From Carcharhinus amblyrhynchos (Eukaryota): a DNA stretch of 64,000 nt. Made by a program: the position numbers and the translations under genes. Each line of letters opens with the position of its first letter. The stretch's first letter is position 1. Shown here one piece after another: positions 1 through 12,152 of the stretch. The DNA is taken from contig OZ336885.1 of NCBI GenBank assembly GCA_965287045.1, forward strand, positions 61,814,001 through 61,878,000, in the 5' to 3' direction. The notes under the pieces were generated by a model. It saw only the letters and a list, made by a program, of their open reading frames with translations. It did no database searches and had not been told where the DNA came from.

Positions 1-495
1 AGTTATAATTTCGATGCTCAGTTGCTAACAAAAGCTGCTGGAATGAAACAGTGTCTCTGTTTCTTTTTTTCTCTCAAGAGACTTTCAGTAAACTCCATGA
101 TTAAGGAGCCTCAGAAATGCTATCCAATCTCTCAATGGCCAATTTACAGCAGGAATTACAAAGCGGAAAAAACCCGCACATTTGAGCGTACTTATTTTGT
201 ACCAACTTTGAAGATGGGTAAATGTCTGTTTCATGAAATTTAACTTGGAACAACAGAGGCAGTTAGCTATTTTGGTTAATGTTATGTCTTATTTAAGTCT
301 TGTAATTGGTCAGGGTGTTTTTTTTTTCATTTTACTTAAACTGTGTTCAGAAATAAACTTTGTTTGATAATATTCTCCGAGTTTGTCATTGGAATCATAT
401 CCCGGTGAAGCACACTTTACACACCAATGCCAAAAACAATTTTAACAATAAGGGTCGAGGCTAACTTCATAAATATCTTTTGGCCTGTGTATTAC
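1..495 (+). mobile_element. Probable 3' part of a degenerate LTR (Gypsy-like solo LTR)
   Basis: AATAAA followed by TTTGTTT (~352), then GGAATCATATCCCGGTGAAG...GGGTCGAGGCTAACTTCATAA, which resembles U5 ends of fish/shark Gypsy LTRs as I recall them; no coding signal. Confidence 0.35.
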
Positions 496-939
496 TAGCT
501 CCTGCATCAGTGAAAATGTTACAGAAGAGATATTGTTATAGTGATTTCATACTTGTTACAGTTTTTTTTTCGATTTCAACTTTTGCAGATAATTGTACAA
601 ATTTCTCTGGATGACCATTCAAAGAAGAGTTACCACCTGGAAGAGTAAACATCGGCTTGGAAGCTCTCAATAGCACCTCAAACTATCTTAATAAATATTC
701 ATTATTTCTGGATGACATCATTATTTACCCATACAATAGATCATCGCAAAATAAAATAATTTACTCCTTCCATTGTGTAAATTAATTCTCAGGGTAAACC
801 TCAGTACATGTGAAGCAGCTAGTGAACTGTGTTCAAAGGCAAGATGACAGTACTGAACTAACAATTCTAATGAAAACAGTTTCGTCAGATTTCCCAACAA
901 CACACTTGTCATGCAGTGGGTTACCCGATTTCATCGAAT

Positions 940-1392
940 CCCTGTGCTTCTCACAGGAGTGTCCAATCTCCAAGTCAAAATTCTGGAATTTCCATCAACA
1001 GTTTCGGAAATGCGGATCTCTCCTAACAAGATCTGCGTCAAAGCTTTCAGTATCCACTGACTCTGTCGACACTTCCCGCTGCCTCGACAAAGTTGCCAGC
1101 ATAACTGAGGACTCCAAACACTCCGAACATTCTCTCTTCCACCGTCTTCCGTCCGATGTCATGAACCAACCGACTTAAGAGCAGCTTTTTGCCTGTTGCC
1201 ATCAGGTATTTGAATGAACCTACCTTGCATTAAGTCGATCTTGCTCAACACTCTAGCTATGATTGTAATACTGCTTTCTTCACTTTTTTCTCCTTATCTA
1301 TGAAGTTTTTTCTTTTCTCCATGGCGCACAAGAAACAAAACTTTTCACTGCGTACTAAAGTAAGTGACAGCGACAAATTAACCAAAACAAAC
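940..1392 (+). mobile_element. Rex1/Babar-clade LINE, degenerate 3' end
   Basis: TCCCGCTGCCTCGACAAAGTTGCCAGCATAACTGAGGACTCC...ACCAACCGACTTAAGAGCAGCTT matches the Rex1 ORF C-terminus; tail AACTTTTCACTG...GTGACA...AAACAAA is shared with the copies at 29.8 kb and 55 kb. Confidence 0.65.
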
Positions 1393-1711
1393 TGTATTCG
1401 TGTGTAAGCCATTTTTGCTAAATCTCAGGCAACAGTCAAGCTTCAACGGTGAAACACACTTTCAGCTCACGTTCAGGTCCAGCCAGAGAACAACAGCAGG
1501 CAACAGTATGCTTTCTCTGTATGTCTTTTGACATAGTTACCAGGCTTGTTTTTGTTTTCCTGTCAGTTCTCCAGAACTGCTGTCGGAAACACGTTGCATT
1601 GATTCTGTTCTCCAGTGCGCTTTATTACACTTTGGTCAACTCTTTCCCTTCTCCTGATTTTCACCTTGGTTGAGTGGGGCTATTGCTGATCTCTGCATTA
1701 GATCCTACCTG

Positions 1712-1816
1712 GAACATAACATAAGAACATAAGAACATAAGAAATTGGAGCAGGAGTAGGCCATCTAGCCCTTCGAGCCTGCCCCGCCATTCAATAAGAT
1801 CATGGCTGATCTGTCG
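1712..1816 (-). mobile_element. CR1 LINE, very short 3' fragment (subfamily A)
   Basis: (AACATAAG)n tail plus GGAGCAGGAGTAGGCCATCTAGCCCTTCGAGCCTGCCCCGCCATTCAATAAGATCATGGCTGATCTG, near-identical to the 3' ends at 12153, 38663, 46533 and 61761. Confidence 0.9.
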
Positions 1817-2755
1817 CTGCTTCTTCCTTCTGAGACGATTCCCCTTCCCACAAGGGTTGAAGAAACTGTTGGGCTTTGGCCATTTCACTCCTCACTGTTC
1901 GTGTCCTGTTCCCGTTGATACGTTACTTGTGCATGGGCATGATTTCTTATCTTTGATTTCTTATTTTGATTTCTTACCTTTGCTATGTACAGGGAGTGCT
2001 CCATGCAAACGAGTACCATCAGCACAAGACTAAAACCTTCGCAGCCTCTGCCAGCAAAGAGATCCTGCGATCAGCAGGAGCCAAGATTCAATGAACGATG
2101 ACTTGAAATTGAACTGCTCTAAGTTTTGAAGTTCGGTAAAACAGACCGAGACCGTTTTGCCTCGAAATGTCCACTTGAGTGTCACAAAGGGGGCAAATTC
2201 TGGTGTCATCCACTCGACTTCCCCATTCCAATGCAAAATTCGCGGAAGATTGTAAGGCGAGGGAACGGGAAAGCGGTGGACGGTAGGAAGGTCATTTGCA
2301 GACTTGAAAATTGCCGTGTATCCCGGGCATGCCAAAGCCATGTTTGAGTATTTTAAATAATATATTTGATTACGTGTGTGATGAGAATGGTTTCATTTAA
2401 AACACACTGTGATATGGTGATAAATAAACTCAAATTTTCATGAAAATGTGTTCCCTAGAAAGGCCTAAGCAATGTTATTATCTAATTTTCCACACCTTAT
2501 GCTGCAGGGTCTTTATACATTTGACTTGATACTATTAAAGTTTCATACATTTAAGTAAATACAGTCTTACTTTAACAGCCGGGAAGTTAACCGGTCTCCT
2601 CAGAAGAGAATCACAACTTTCAGTGCACTTTGAAATACACTTTCAATTTTCGAGTGACAGATATTCACTTCATGAAACCTTGACATGTCAACGAACGTTA
2701 GTGCCTAACTGTGAAAGTGGTCAAAGGTTCCTTCAATGGCCACTTTTTTCTCTCT

Positions 2756-2893
2756 ATGGCGCACAAGAAACAACACTTTACGCTGCGTACTAAAATAAGT
2801 GACAACAAATTAACCAAATCAAACTGTATTCGTGTGTAAGTCATTTTTGCTGAATCTCAGACAACAGTCAAACTTCAACGGTAAAGCACACTT
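2756..2893 (+). repeat. Direct duplicate of 1321-1461 (Rex1 tail plus unique flank)
   Basis: ATGGCGCACAAGAAACAA...CTGTATTCGTGTGTAAG.CATTTTTGCT.AATCTCAG.CAACAGTCAA.CTTCAACGGT occurs at both positions. Confidence 0.9.
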
Positions 2894-3917
2894 GCTGCAC
2901 CTTCAATTGCATCCCATGAAGCAGTGGTAATCGAAAGAGCATTTCACTCAAGCGGCCGGGGAATTTGCTTTCCCCTCATCGAAAGTTCCGCTACTACAAA
3001 GCGCACACTCCAAACAGTGTTACATCACTTTTCTTGCGAATAGGCGAATATGCTGATCAAGTCTATTATCGTTGTCCCAATCCTATATCGGCTTTCATAT
3101 TTGCATGCATCGGAATCAGCTGGATTGAGAGCAGAACAATGTTTGAAACAGGGGGCAAGCGCTATACGACATCTGACGTGTTCCTTTATCACATGAAATG
3201 GTTGTTAGAAAGCACTCAGAGTTGAAATTGACGAGCCAACTTCCTTACCGCAATCTTTCAAAGCTGCTTTACATATAGTTTCTTTCAAAGAGGATTATAT
3301 AGACTTTCGAGGCAGCATTTAAATTAAAAGCGCTAAAGATGAATCAAAAATGCTTGTCAATTCCACTCTGAAAATCCATCGGATCAAAAACATTTACGTG
3401 GTCCATAAGTTACTTTGAGACATTTCGTAAAATGTGCCTCAGACAAAAAAAAAATGAGTTTAAAGCGTGGCAAACTATGCGTAGAGGACACCGTGGGATT
3501 AATTGAAGGAAATCTTCCATTCAAAGTCAAGCGGCAGCGGAAATGTAGTGCAAAAAAAAAGCTTGGCAGAAGCAAAAGTAAACATTGCAAACAATTTTGG
3601 GAGCTCCTGGTTTGAGGAAAGTTAGCGAATGCTACAGCAGCAAAATTGGAAATGAATTTCTGGATGGCGTGTTTATTTGTTTCCATACCAAACTTCGAAA
3701 GCCCAGAGCAATTCATGCCACATATCCTGGCGGGCCCCGAGTGAGACAAGTCTCTGTAGAACGTTCTAGGGTCAAATTTTTTTTGTGAGAGAGCCCCCGG
3801 CCAATTAAGTTTACAGCAGCTCAGCAGTTTCCGAAATAGCAAAGTAGCAGTCGCCAGTACAAAATATACGAATTTTCAGACTTACAATTCCGAGGGTCTC
3901 TGGTGTCAATGTGTAGT

Positions 3918-4065
3918 CATGATGTGGAGATGCCGGCGTTGGACTGGGGTAAGCAGTGTAAGAAGTCTCACAACGCCTGGTTAAAGTCCAACTAATTTAT
4001 TTGATAGTGGTATCAAATATATTCGTTGGACTTTAACCTTTTGTTGTGAGACTTCTTGCTGTTCA
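3918..4065. mobile_element. Non-autonomous Penelope-derived palindromic element (inverted pLTR pair)
   Basis: CATGATGTGGAGATGCCGGCGTTGGACTGGGGT head, then an inverted repeat 3960-4006 / 4011-4057; the arms are homologous to the Penelope terminus at 27690-27745. Confidence 0.75.
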
Positions 4066-6239
4066 TGTGCAGGCCAGACACGAGGGCAGGAGAAGTGTTT
4101 TATATAGGAGCGCAAAAAAGTTGTTCGTTGAACATATAGAGGCAGTTACTGTCGGTGACCAGCCAGACACCGAAATGTAATGCTGAATGTTTGCATCAAT
4201 CGGGAACGAAATGTGAGCAGCTTTAATGTTCCCGAAGCCACTTCTCCAAAAGCCACTCTGATAATTAACGCTCGGCAAGAACCGAATCTTAAGCCGCATA
4301 AGACCGCACTTGTTTGAACACAACGCTTGTCCCATTTTGTTAAAACGAGATGACTCAAAAAGGTGAAAATGCACAAGAATGCGTACGTCCTATCACCACG
4401 TTCCGTCGAATTGGACAAGATGTAGCGTTGACACCAAATCACTGGTGGTCATGAGAAAAGTTCGCAGGCAAAGGGAAACTAAGTGGTAACTCAATGCCCC
4501 AATCCTGGCTTAAGTAACTGGAAAAGTGATAACACCACGAATAAAGGAAGCATTACATGCCTGAAACTTTTAAATATCAAGAAGTATAAGAGTATTTTAC
4601 AGGACACTATTATATTAATTTCCATTTCACTTAAAATAGTGGAATGCACGTTTTCTCAACAGGAACCAGTGATTTTTGTAAAAACCAAGTGAGGCAATTA
4701 ATGATCGAAACTGTTCCTGGAAGTGTTTATGCCGTTAGTAAAATGGTATCGAATGTTCCATCATAAAGAGGTCAATAAAACAAAAGAGAATTTAGACTGC
4801 TCAGTCTTCAAGACGAGCACATTTACCATTCCATACACACGCCCAAATGTACAGTGGATTTTTTTTTACAGACGCACGATGAAAGCAATTGTTTTTCGGG
4901 CTAGGATTCACAGTGCAAAGGGAAAGCCTCAGCCGAAAACGATTGATTCATTGAGAAAAAAATCTTATCTGACTCACACAAAAATGTGCAAACATGACTG
5001 ATGAGGCCGGAGGGAGGAGCATCGTATGGAAGGTTATCGACGGTAGATCTCTTCCCTGCATGCTGCTGCCGGAAGTTTATGGCGTTATCCGATTCTTGCG
5101 TTTCAAATGAAGCTGATTCATTTCCCGCTTCCGAGACTTTTCACACATTCGGTAATATTTCGCTAATGTTGAGAGACGTGTGCATGGCCGGGAAAGCGAG
5201 AGTTCTAATTCCTCAGTAACTTCGAAAAATCAATTCTCCAGATGCACCTTTGTATCAAGGAATTTACGAACTCAGCAGTGGTGACACCTGATTTGCTATC
5301 CATTTCTGTGATGCTCGTTTTCGTGAATTGGATCAAAGAAGGACCAGCTAAAATAACCATCGAGACAACAGCAATTAAGCTCTCTTTCAGAACAGAAGAG
5401 AACAACAAATTACTCTGAATTGCAGAGTGAATGTAACATGTAGCATATGCCACAGATGTACGCGCCCTGCACTTGTAGAAAAAAAACTGCGAGAAAGGCA
5501 AACAGCCAATTCTTTTTCACAACACCCATACACGAGAACAAATGTCTATTTTAAAAGCTTTGAAAAAAAAGTTGACTTCCATTTCGTTTTAAACAAACTA
5601 ATTCGCGTTTACTTACCTTTCTCTTTTATCTTATTGGTCTCGTCTGTAAATTGGATTGAGAACAGCATAATCGATCAGGCGAAGTATATGCAATCCATAA
5701 GATATCTCAGTGAATTTTATTTTTTTATTTCAAATAAACGCCAAGTGATATGTCGGATGCGAGTTAGTAAAGTTATGGGATTGAGATACACTTTTGGTGT
5801 TTGCAATGCAAATTCCTACAACAATTAGCAATTCATAATAATAATAATAAAATGTTTGAAAGCCAAACTCTCAATTCATTTTGAAGCCTGAGCTTCAACA
5901 ATTGATCCAATCCCAGTATTCAAGATAAATACATCAGTTAAGGGGCCATTAGCCATTTCTCCAGATTGCCGACACTGGTGTAGGGAAAATTGCATCGATC
6001 TAAAACTTCGGGATTATTTTGTGATGCAATATAAATTATTCCCCGTAGGTGTACCAGGAACGAAGAATTATGAGCCAAGAGAACTGTTGAATCTCGATAA
6101 TAGTCGCAGGAACAAAAACAATAACACTTGCAGTTCCCTATCAATATATCTGAAACAAAAGCCGCGGAATTTATTTCAAGTTTATGTATTAGTTTGACAA
6201 GCAGGCATATATGAACAGCGCAATGGAGTTTCGGCTAAA

Positions 6240-6451
6240 TTCCCCTAGCAACCAAACTCAGACGCTTGCACATGTTCACGGAGAGAGTTTTTGTTTAGCA
6301 TAACCTACGCACCTAACACGCAGTTCCTTCGGACTGTGGGAGGAAACCGGAACAGTCATGGGAAACCCAACCAGACACGGCAGAAGTGACCAAGCTTTAA
6401 ATCGAAAGCGGGTCCTGATCGCTGTTAGGCAGCAGCGCGAGGCGCTGTTCC
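6240..6451 (-). mobile_element. V-SINE/HE1-like tRNA-derived SINE, degenerate
   Basis: GGACTGTGGGAGGAAACCGGA...GGAAACCCA..CAGACACGG is the reverse complement of the V-domain core. Confidence 0.75.
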
Positions 6452-6454
6452 AAT

Positions 6455-6636
6455 TTGTCTACCACAGTTTTCGGACCACTGGCCTGATTTACAAAGCTAC
6501 GTCAACAGCATGCATAGAGCGTGACAGCTGGCTGAGATTATTCAGGTGGACTCTTATTCTCAAACTTGCTCGTCGCCAGTAACCTCACACTCTCAGACGG
6601 GGAGCAACCATGGTCATATGGTGACCATTTAACATT
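6455..6636 (+). mobile_element. Second SINE family remnant
   Basis: GTCAACAGCATG...GGCTGAGATTATTCA...TTCTCAAACTTGC...GGGGAGCAACCATGGTCATATGG resembles a shark tRNA-derived SINE; a related head lies at ~40290. Confidence 0.4.
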
Positions 6637-8691
6637 TTTCCTGAATTCGGGCCGCAAAATTTGCTCCCCTTCTGTGAGTTGTCTTTCTGTTTTTGGCGGG
6701 TGATTAACACTGAACTGGAGAGAAACGTTATGAATGCAATAATCAATAGCATAATTAATTCAATATTTCAAAAGTTTAACTCTCTACGATGGACACTAAT
6801 TAAGGAAATGGATGTTCACACACGACACGTAGAAGATTGACGTTTTCCCTTATAATATATTCGCTTGATTCAGATTGGTCTTTATGATAAACGTACTTTC
6901 CCAAGAACGTAATCAATCGTTATGGGGTTAGAAAAATTGTGGAACCCAGGCAAAGGAGAGTAGCCATGTATAACTCCATTAAAAAAAAACAAAATGAGTG
7001 ATTCCGAAATTATGTTCAGGGAGTTTCAATAACAAAGGCATAATTTGCTAATTATTGGAAATTTTCCAGTGCTGCAAGACGAAAGTGAGAACTCGTGAAT
7101 CAGACAAAGTGAATGTATGTATTTTGCACGAAATTTCCAAACTACCTTTGGCACGAATATGCATATTTGGAACAGTAAGAAACACGTGAACTCTTCCGCC
7201 TGTCCTGCCATTCATATCAAAAATTTCGTGATCTTAATTCTCGGCTCCTTTACCAAAATGTCCAGACTCAACTGAATCATATGAACACAGACTCGGAACG
7301 CCTTCTCTGTACTGAAAATAATCAGTCTATGAGGAAGAATGCTTCAACAATTCAAACAAATTCCAAGATAAACAATTTTTTTTTCATCTACGTTTAAATG
7401 AGCTTAAACACACGTTTAGACCTTGGATTAGATTACAACTTGCGTTTCAACGCACGACGTATGTGCCATTCGATTTAAGTATTTGAGGGAGAATGATTGA
7501 GCAACGCCGCATGAATGCCTTGCTAATCTAAAGTCCAATAATGTTTAGCAACATATAATCGTTTGGGCTTAGCTGCAAAATTGCAGATGAATCAAAGACA
7601 TCGTGTCTAATGCTTCGTCTTGAATTTTACAGCTAGACCCAACAATTTATGTAATATTTTCTTTGATATAATTACAGAATTGCACGACATTTCTGGGACG
7701 TCAGCTCAATCATTCTTCCTCAAATTCATTAATTTAGTGACACATATTAATTGCTATGAACCTCTTCGATTATTGCAATTTGAAATTTAACATGTGAATT
7801 TCTTAACTGTGAGAAACTAATTATTAATCTTCCTCACAAATAGTAAGGATAAAGTTCAGTACTGGAATATGCTGTTGGGGTTGAGTGAAAGCGACGCTGT
7901 GCTAAACGTAACGTGTTGATCTCTAAGAAATTGGCGGCAACAAATACGTAGTGGGTGGTGAGCGGAGGTGTAGATTTGAAATGGTCCAGACTCTATTACG
8001 TGGACAATGTCATATATTTAAAACGACTGATAAAATAAATTCCCTTCATTATTACCAGTTACATCATCAAGGTTTTCTCTAGCATAATACAAACAATCAG
8101 TGAAATGTTTTGAGTCGTGTTTATATTTCAATTACAAAATGATTTTGCCAAAGATTAAGAGAAACAATATTGAATTCCCTACAAGTAGAAAATATTGATT
8201 GACTGAATAGTACTCCTCTGCCACTACTTTCTTTCTGTGTGCTTTGATTACGAAATGCTGGGAAATGTATTTTTAAACCAGGTACCGTCATGCTTGGCTT
8301 TCAGCTTCTTTTCTGTAAAGCGTCAATTACTGACTTTCAGATTGAACAGCACCATTTTAATCTTCACATGTCATTCTGCGGTTGACGCCAATGCTACGGG
8401 AATAAATCAACTATCTATATTGTAAGAATAGTCATATGAACTATGACATAACTTCGCCATATGTACTTTCCCTTCACGAACATCCGCCAACTCACTATGG
8501 ATTCCCTTCCAGCCGAAAGTACTGGCATTAAGAGTGTGACGCGTGCTCGGCAAATTCTACACTCTGTTTATTTTCAGTTGCATCGACACCATTTGCGACG
8601 AGAATCAGACGAATTGAAAACAGGTGACTATCGTTGATCCAAGTTGAAATGTTTACCCGTGGATTTCAAAATAGAACATTATTTTCCTTAC

Positions 8692-8724
8692 CTGGACCTT
8701 TTGGACGTGAGTCCATCCCTACAA
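8692..8724 (-). other. Candidate 33-nt symmetric micro-exon (phase-1 reading xVGMDSRPKGP)
   Basis: TTTGCCTCATGTCACAG acceptor and CAG|GTAAGG donor. Confidence 0.25.
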
Positions 8725-9337
8725 CTGTGACATGAGGCAAATGAGCAGGTCAAATTCAATTCATGTGACTATATATGTTTATGTTTTGCATGGAGTCTGC
8801 TTCAAAAACATTCGAAAGCAACAATACATTTTCCAAATGTTTTCCAAAACAACGCAACGGAAAACGGAGACATATGGATAAATGTCCCATGTGGTTTAAG
8901 AATCGCCTGAATATTCAAATCAAATTCTTTGAAATGCAACGGCTTTTTGAAAAGCAGCAGTATGGGAAGCATGGCAAATGGGATTTTTTCGATTTCAACA
9001 ACGGTAGGAGAAGACACATTTCGAAATGTTGCGCTGCTGGTGGACTTCACAGTATATATTGATGCGAAAACGTGTTCTTGCTGAAGTGCCAGACGAATCG
9101 ATGGAAGATACTGAAAATATACTCTTTCCAGTTTCAAAGTCTCGGAATCTGTTACTGCCTTTGTGCAGTGTGGAATTGAATACGAGAGAGACGGGTGTTT
9201 TCGAGGATAATGCAGACTTCAAAAGTAGATCGCCGGCAGAACTAATGAATGCACATGCATATGATGGGGCTCCGGAGCCGATACGTACTGTGACAGACAT
9301 GCAAAATGATCCCGCGCATGCTTTAACGCAGGAGCAT

Positions 9338-9425
9338 GACGAGTGTGGGATTCGAACATCACAAAACCTCCCGCATCACCGATCCGCGCCGACGGTCAAT
9401 CCGATTAACCGCTGTTCTCCTACAG
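9338..9425 (-). pseudogene. tRNA-like remnant (Ser/Leu-type length) or SINE head
   Basis: Minus strand reads ...CAGCGGTTAATCGG...GTTCGAATCCCACACTCGTC: A-box-like motif, B-box GTTCGAATCC and a 3' end like tRNA-Ser(GCT) CCCACCCTCGTC; the acceptor stem does not pair. Confidence 0.3.
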
Positions 9426-11175
9426 AAACCCTAATCTCCCATGTGCTAACGGTCGGAAGCACACCTCTTCAGTCAAGCAACAATAATGCCGACAGGTCGG
9501 GTTGGGGAAGGGAAAATGTGAAAGCAATTAAGGGAATGTTGCGACATTGAAATCATCCAGTCACATGTCCTATCGAGGATTGCATTTTATCGCATCGCTC
9601 GTGTTCAGAAAACGTTAGTTATGAAGATAACAACTTTGAACGATTTCTCAAGCTTTCCTGCAAATAGTTCATGATGCAATAACGCGCAACGTGATTTCAC
9701 GTTTCAGATTGCAATCGTATTTTCCTGGGGAGAAATACATTAACCTGTGCAAGCTAAGAATATCAGTTCATACATCCAACTTGAGGCATTGCTATTTGTA
9801 ATGCCAAGCATGTTGCCTCGATAGTGAGAAGAAAACAATAGCCATTAAACATTTCAAGATTTTCCATGTGAGCAGAAAGAATTTGCATGCGCATTACTTA
9901 TCCGAATTTACTTGACGCAGCAGGGTGTGTTCAGTTTTCATCTTATGGCATTTCATTTATCCCGTATTGCACTGGATCCGCACTGCAAAGTGGCCGAACA
10001 CTTCCCCAGCGGCCCGCTGCAAATAAGGTTTATAATATAGCGAGTGCAACAACTAAAACAAAGACTAAAAATGCGGTTTTAATCAAATGATTGCAAGATT
10101 ACCGTCCGCCATTATTGCTATCTTTTCATCTGTAAAAGTGAAGTTACAATGCATATTAATGTACTTAATTGGCAAGCTATAGGGCATACAATATTCAGCT
10201 TTTCTTTTCGTGTTGGCAATCACACAGTTCGGTAACTTAGAGGAACACAAATGCAAACAATATTGTATTGTACACAAATGTTTTCATTCATGTTCGAGCA
10301 ATGACTTGTACTAGTGACAATGAGTTCGGAATCTGAGCAACTCGCAATAACTACAGTGATAGCCAGCCAACTGCAGCTACATTTTTTTGCCAAAATGCAA
10401 TCACATGCGCCGGAAGTGGACTGAGAACCTAATTCAGAGAGTTACGGTGAGAATATGATGGAGGCAGATAGATGAACGAACACTTCGAGAGAAAAAAGTG
10501 CAAACAACATCAGAGACTTAGTGACAGTAGGTCTGTGCGTGCTTCAAACACTGGATATCCTTAAATCATTAGTTGGACCCATCCATCTGTCCCACAGCAT
10601 ATTATACATTAAAAAAATAATCTTTTACAATGTTTGGTTTGGTATGTGGCACGGAACGTGCACACCAGCATCATTATTCTCCCTGTCAAATTCCCATCAT
10701 TGTTGCCACAACACGTTTTCACTTCAGAGGTATTACCTCTATTTTTGCCATCCTCGCCATGGAAAGTGATGACATTAAGATGGCTCAAGTTTTAACACTA
10801 GGTAACAGTAAAATGTGGCAACAACAACAACACGGAATTGGTAATTTCATTGACAGAACGACCGAGGCTACAATTTGTGTATAGATGCTTGAAAATGTTT
10901 GGACAGGCGACAACAAGTTTTAAAGTTTTATTTGCTGCATGACCCGAGTAATTATGAATTAAAACGCATAAACGAAACAGAAAGAACTACACTACACATT
11001 CAAGACATGATCTTAACCCTCATATGCCCAACCGCCACGTGCAGAACAGATTTATAAGATAGCTTTTTAGATCAGGGGTCCACGACACAATATGCGTCCG
11101 CATCACAGAGGGGGGCTTTGCGGGAATGTTTTGCAAGAATTATGCAAAATCTGCATGGTGTCAGAGTGGACTGCA

Positions 11176-11465
11176 GGACGGCACAGGAGTTGGCACGGCT
11201 ACCTCACTGCGCTAGGAACCCAGGTTCAATACCGTCCTCGAGACACTGTATGTGTGGAGTTTGGACTTTGTCACTGTGTCCGCGTGCATTTCCTCCGGGT
11301 GTTCTGGTTTCCCTTGACAGTCCAAACACCTGCGGTTTGGATTTATTTGCCATGCTGAATTGACTCTAGTGTCAGCGGAATTGGCAGTTAAATAGGTACC
11401 CAGAATACGATCTACGTGGGATTATGGACAGTACGGGCAATCAATACTGTTTGAATTTTCTGATC
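11176..11465 (+). mobile_element. V-SINE/HE1-like SINE
   Basis: tRNA-like head (GGCACAG...CCTCAC.GCGCTAGGAACCCAGGTTCAAT) and V-domain TGTGTGGAGTTTG...TTTCCTCCGGGTGTTCTGGTTTCC...CAGTCCAAA. Confidence 0.85.
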
Positions 11466-12152
11466 CTCAAAACATGAGGGCTTTTGGCAGAACACATTGT
11501 GAGAATTATTTCTGCACTATCTTGGTCAGCTTATTGGCACCAGCCAAATGAATCTGCAGCGAGGAGAGTTAGTCATTGGTTGGGGACGATTCAACGAGTA
11601 AGTCATCTTCTGACTCATCAACTCCTGCTCAGTTAAAAAAAAATCCATTGATGTACTATTTTACAAACACCGGGATGCGTGATGTTGAAATGAGTTAATT
11701 TAACAATTTGCAACGCAAAGTCCTGCAGTTCGAGAAGTTGTGAACATTATTCCGGCAGATATCAACCACAAGTGGTTCGTGAATGTGATGCCTCAGGTCC
11801 ACGTGCGAGCTAAAAGAAAATTTTCCAAGGCTAAGAATATCACTAGCACAACTTATTGTTCGGCCATGTATTCATCGAGGAGACCGATTTTTTTTTACCG
11901 TAGAAGTACGGACTGTAATTTCTCAAAATACTCACCTGTAAATGTATCTTCGCTGCCCCATTGTTGGTGCGCCAAGAGACAGGAAAACCCCACAGCCACT
12001 CAATCTGCACATGGACGACAACACATCACAAAAAAAATCTGGCAACTACATGTGCGTGGGCATGGACAATGCACGCTTGCGTTGATCGGAGCGCCCATTT
12101 TGAGGGCATTTATTTCCATTTACCCGGGGGCATAGCTGTAAGTTTGATGATA

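Noticed and set aside
5221-5350. + frame LYQGIYELSSGDT*FAIHFCDARFRELDQRRT resembles the C-terminal strands of TNF-family ligands
   Set aside because: Short, contains a stop, lacks the terminal FG.F motif and the upstream TNF strands; probably chance
8578-8623. + strand 46-nt exon candidate with a good acceptor and CAG|GTGACT donor
   Set aside because: Isolated, with no recognisable peptide; illustrates the background rate of pseudo-exons
8775-9062. 95-aa ORF with a weak internal repeat (NGKRRHMDKC / NGRRRHISKC)
   Set aside because: Only two loosely similar copies; no family recognised
9026-9550. 174-aa ORF, the longest non-TE ORF
   Set aside because: No recognisable domain, non-ATG start, and it overlaps a tRNA-like relic on the opposite strand
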